In this document: positions 60,816 to 64,000 of the stretch, in pieces | Layout of the letters: every line of letters starts with the position of its first letter | Position numbering within the stretch: the first letter of the stretch is position 1 | Source of the DNA: Isurus oxyrinchus | Lineage: Eukaryota | Direction of reading: 5' to 3' | DNA length: 64,000 nt | NCBI GenBank assembly: GCA_026770705.1 | Contig: JANJGN010000026.1 | Location: 38,378,001-38,442,000 of the forward strand | Position numbers and translations under genes: made by a program | The notes under the pieces: generated by a model | What the model was told of the DNA's origin: nothing | Seen by the model: only the letters and a program-made list of their open reading frames with translations | Database searches by the model: none

Positions 60816-63800
60816 TTACATTAGATATAATGTCACATAATTAGTAAAATATAACGCAATTCCTTACAACATACAACAATAAAATACAAAATAACAAAAT
60901 ACATGTTGATAGAATACAGGAAAATGCAATCCAACAGAATATAGCATACTTATATTTTTTATATATATGTACATATATATACATATATATTCTTCGAACC
61001 CCGACAAATCGTGAAATTTGAATTCAATACAAATCTGGGAATATGACGATGAAACCACTGTCGGTTGTCGTAAAAACCCATCTGGTTCATTTATGCTCTT
61101 TAGGGGAGGAAATCTGCCATCATTATTTGGTCTGGCCACCATGTGACTCCAGTCCCACAGCAACGTGGTTGACGCTTAAATACACTCTGAACAAGGTCAA
61201 CTAGGGAGGGATGGGTAATAAATGGTGGCCCAGCCAGCGACGCCCACACCCCATAAACGAATAATATATATTATGTTGTGGCAATATATATTGCACTATA
61301 TACGATATTATAGTCATATTGTATCTAATGATGTGTACCGCAATCACGTGAAGGATAGAGTGAGAAATCCAGAGAGGCCACCAATAAAATGAAGCTTAGC
61401 TTCATGTCGTGTCCTATCAACTTCGGTAAATTAATTTTCCCAGATCCAGGTCAGGGTAACAGCTTCTGGAGAAGTTAGTGCTGTTGTGCATCAATCTTAA
61501 CGAACACAAGAACACTGTACCCGCTAGGAACAGTCTTCTGGGGCTTCACTTCACAGAGTGAAGTATTTCTCGCTCAGCTTTGTTGGAAGGTGGGAGGAGC
61601 GTCCGTTTCATTATCCTGAATCAGACCGAATAATGGAAACAGAGAGAACACAAATCGTGAGCAATGGTCTCTGTGATCCTCTCAAAAATGACCATTTAAA
61701 CCAGGCCACCAGGTGGCGGTGCCGGGTACCACAGGTCATGTTGTCCCAAAGAATGCGGACTGGCATTTGCTTCCATCTAAATTCACAAAATAAATTATTT
61801 TCAGTCCTTCGGTTTGAATTCATAATATTCTTTGATAACGCTAAAAATTTCATTCCTTACTTTAATACAAATAAGGTAGTTACCGCAAGTTGACAGTTTT
61901 GAATTAAGTACATTTGCTATGACAATGGATTACAATTCGGTTTGGGTTGGGATTTTTCTGTCATCCAAAATCTGCTTTCACCCGCATACTTCAACCCGAG
62001 CTCAATGGTGAAAGGATTTGCAGCTATATAACAACATTGGAATTCATTTCGTGAACCTGGGACTAACAAGGTTCTCATAGAGAGGTGGAGTTATATCATT
62101 TTCAATGAGCATATTATTGTTGAAGCAACTTTCTCACACTTGTTTTGTCCATGCGCTGTCTAGGTAAATGCTGCAATTAAACAGTGACCACAGATATGAT
62201 ATCCTTTTAACCCTGCCAATGTCAAGGTATGGTGAAAAGATATCTCTTACTGTCAGTATGCAAGGTATTCTTGACTGCATGCAATGCAAATCGGAACCCA
62301 CTCGACTCTCTGATCTCTTTCACATTCATCTGCAGTTATTATAGCAACACCACCAGGTCTATATGTTCTCTATTCTACCTTCTTACTGTTCAATAATTAA
62401 GGCAATTTAACATTTTGTTTCAGCTGCATTAATTGTTTGTATTACACCACCCCCCCTCCCCCCCACACACACACACACACACTCCCACGCCCCCCTCGGC
62501 TGGGTGGATCCGTTCACCGGCAACAATAACGCTGAAGTCTCCCTTGAATTCACTAGTCCCGAGTGCCGTAAAAGGTGAACTTTCTGACTCACTGCTCAGT
62601 CCAGTCACCTTCCTCGAGAAAGGTAGGTCTGGAACCACTATGTCTGGGCGGATTTCCACACAGAGCATCAGTAGGTGAAGTTTGATTTCGGGCAGATCGC
62701 GAGGACCTGACTGCGCCACCAAAGTGAATTGTCACCAACCGCGTTTGACATTTGCAAATCGTCAGCCCGAATATAGGACGTGTTGTTGAGGAACACGTCG
62801 GCCACCTGGTTCGATGCCGGAGAACAAACAGATAGGAGGCTGCCGCGTTAGACGTGCTCTGGAAAAATAAAAGATCAAGAAGCGAATCGATCAACAATAA
62901 GAAAAGATTTTCCAGAGAACTGATCTTGCTGGAATTTCCGAAGCGATTTGCAGGATTATGGGAGGAAGGCAGATATTCTGGTTTAGCTGCTCTCACAGAG
63001 GGTCGGCACGGATAAAATGGGATGAATGGTCTTCCTCTGTGCTGTAACCGCTCCATCATTTTATGATTTTAACGACTGTCTTGAAATATGACGTATCCAA
63101 TTGGGACATTCACCTTTTAATCTTCATGTGACTGATCTGGCGTAAGAAGGCTAGGTTGGCAAAGGAAGCTATTGAAAGTTTTGCATGTTTGCCTTGCAAT
63201 AAGACAGGTCCGTGGTGAGGGCCGGATACCCCAAGTTTAATTCTCAATGTATTTTCAATTTACATCAATCACAGTCAGCAATCTATCTCTGCTTCTACCT
63301 CAACAGCAGCTCCTCAGGAAGTCATAACGACGGATTAAAATCTGAAGTTAATCACTGAGCAAAGGAAGTGAGTGAAAAGTATGGAGGATAGGGAAAGGGA
63401 TATTAAAATATGAAGGAAAGATACACCTGAATTGGGATTTCTGAAGAGGAGGAAATGAATATTACACCCTGAGGTGATATTTCTGAAGAAGTGGAAAGGG
63501 ATATTAAAATATGAAAGATATACGTGATGAGATGTGATTTCCGAAGTCATTCACTGTACCGAGGGTGGGGATTGATGATAAAGGAGCGAAGGACAATTCA
63601 AAACCGTTTTATTTTGTTTCTCTCTGCACCACTTCCTTTTCGAACCTGATTGACAGTTGTAAGTACAGAATGTTATGCACAGTGGGTTTCAAGTACTTTT
63701 TAATGAGTATGCACCCTGCACCTCCCCCTGGGAGCTTTGAACCGCCCGAAGCATTCTGTCTTCTGTAACTGGCTGTACAGAGTCGATGTGACATAATCTC

Positions 63801-64000
63801 TTTTCTTTCTATTTGCAAGCCCGAAGTCTGAAAGTTATGGCTGTTCAAGTATATCCTTACTTACACAAAGCTGGGCAGAATTCACGACTGAGGTTCACAC
63901 AAAATTTTAAATAAACAACGGCAGGGGTCAGTGCTCGAAATATTGTTTAAAATAGAGGGATAGCTGTGTTTTTATTCATTCACGGGATGTGGGCTTCACT

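Overview
Vertebrate genomic DNA, most likely from a cartilaginous fish (inferred from the repeat families and a two-exon GPR139-like receptor). The window is part of a T-cell receptor alpha/delta-type variable (V) segment array. I count about 28 V segments or fragments in mixed orientation, most with a recognisable 3' recombination signal (RSS, usually about 23-bp spacer). I found no D, J or clear C segment. Only two V genes look fully intact (10606-11104 minus; 21159-21670 plus); the rest carry stops, frameshifts, broken leaders or eroded RSS. The array is built from duplicated and inverted blocks. It is interrupted by an intact 341-aa GPR139-like GPCR gene, a Penelope-like retroelement with about 0.9-kb inverted ends and a 10-bp TSD, short Penelope-derived hammerhead-bearing inserts, CR1/L2-type LINE ends and SINEs. 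The most unusual signals are: (1) an open, RSS-perfect V whose family replaces the first conserved Cys with Tyr/Phe and the conserved Trp with Leu; (2) a three-copy V family lacking both canonical cysteines; (3) a V family with an intronless leader; (4) CTCF-like motifs about 25 bp behind some RSSs. All coordinates and translations were read by eye; family assignments need database confirmation.
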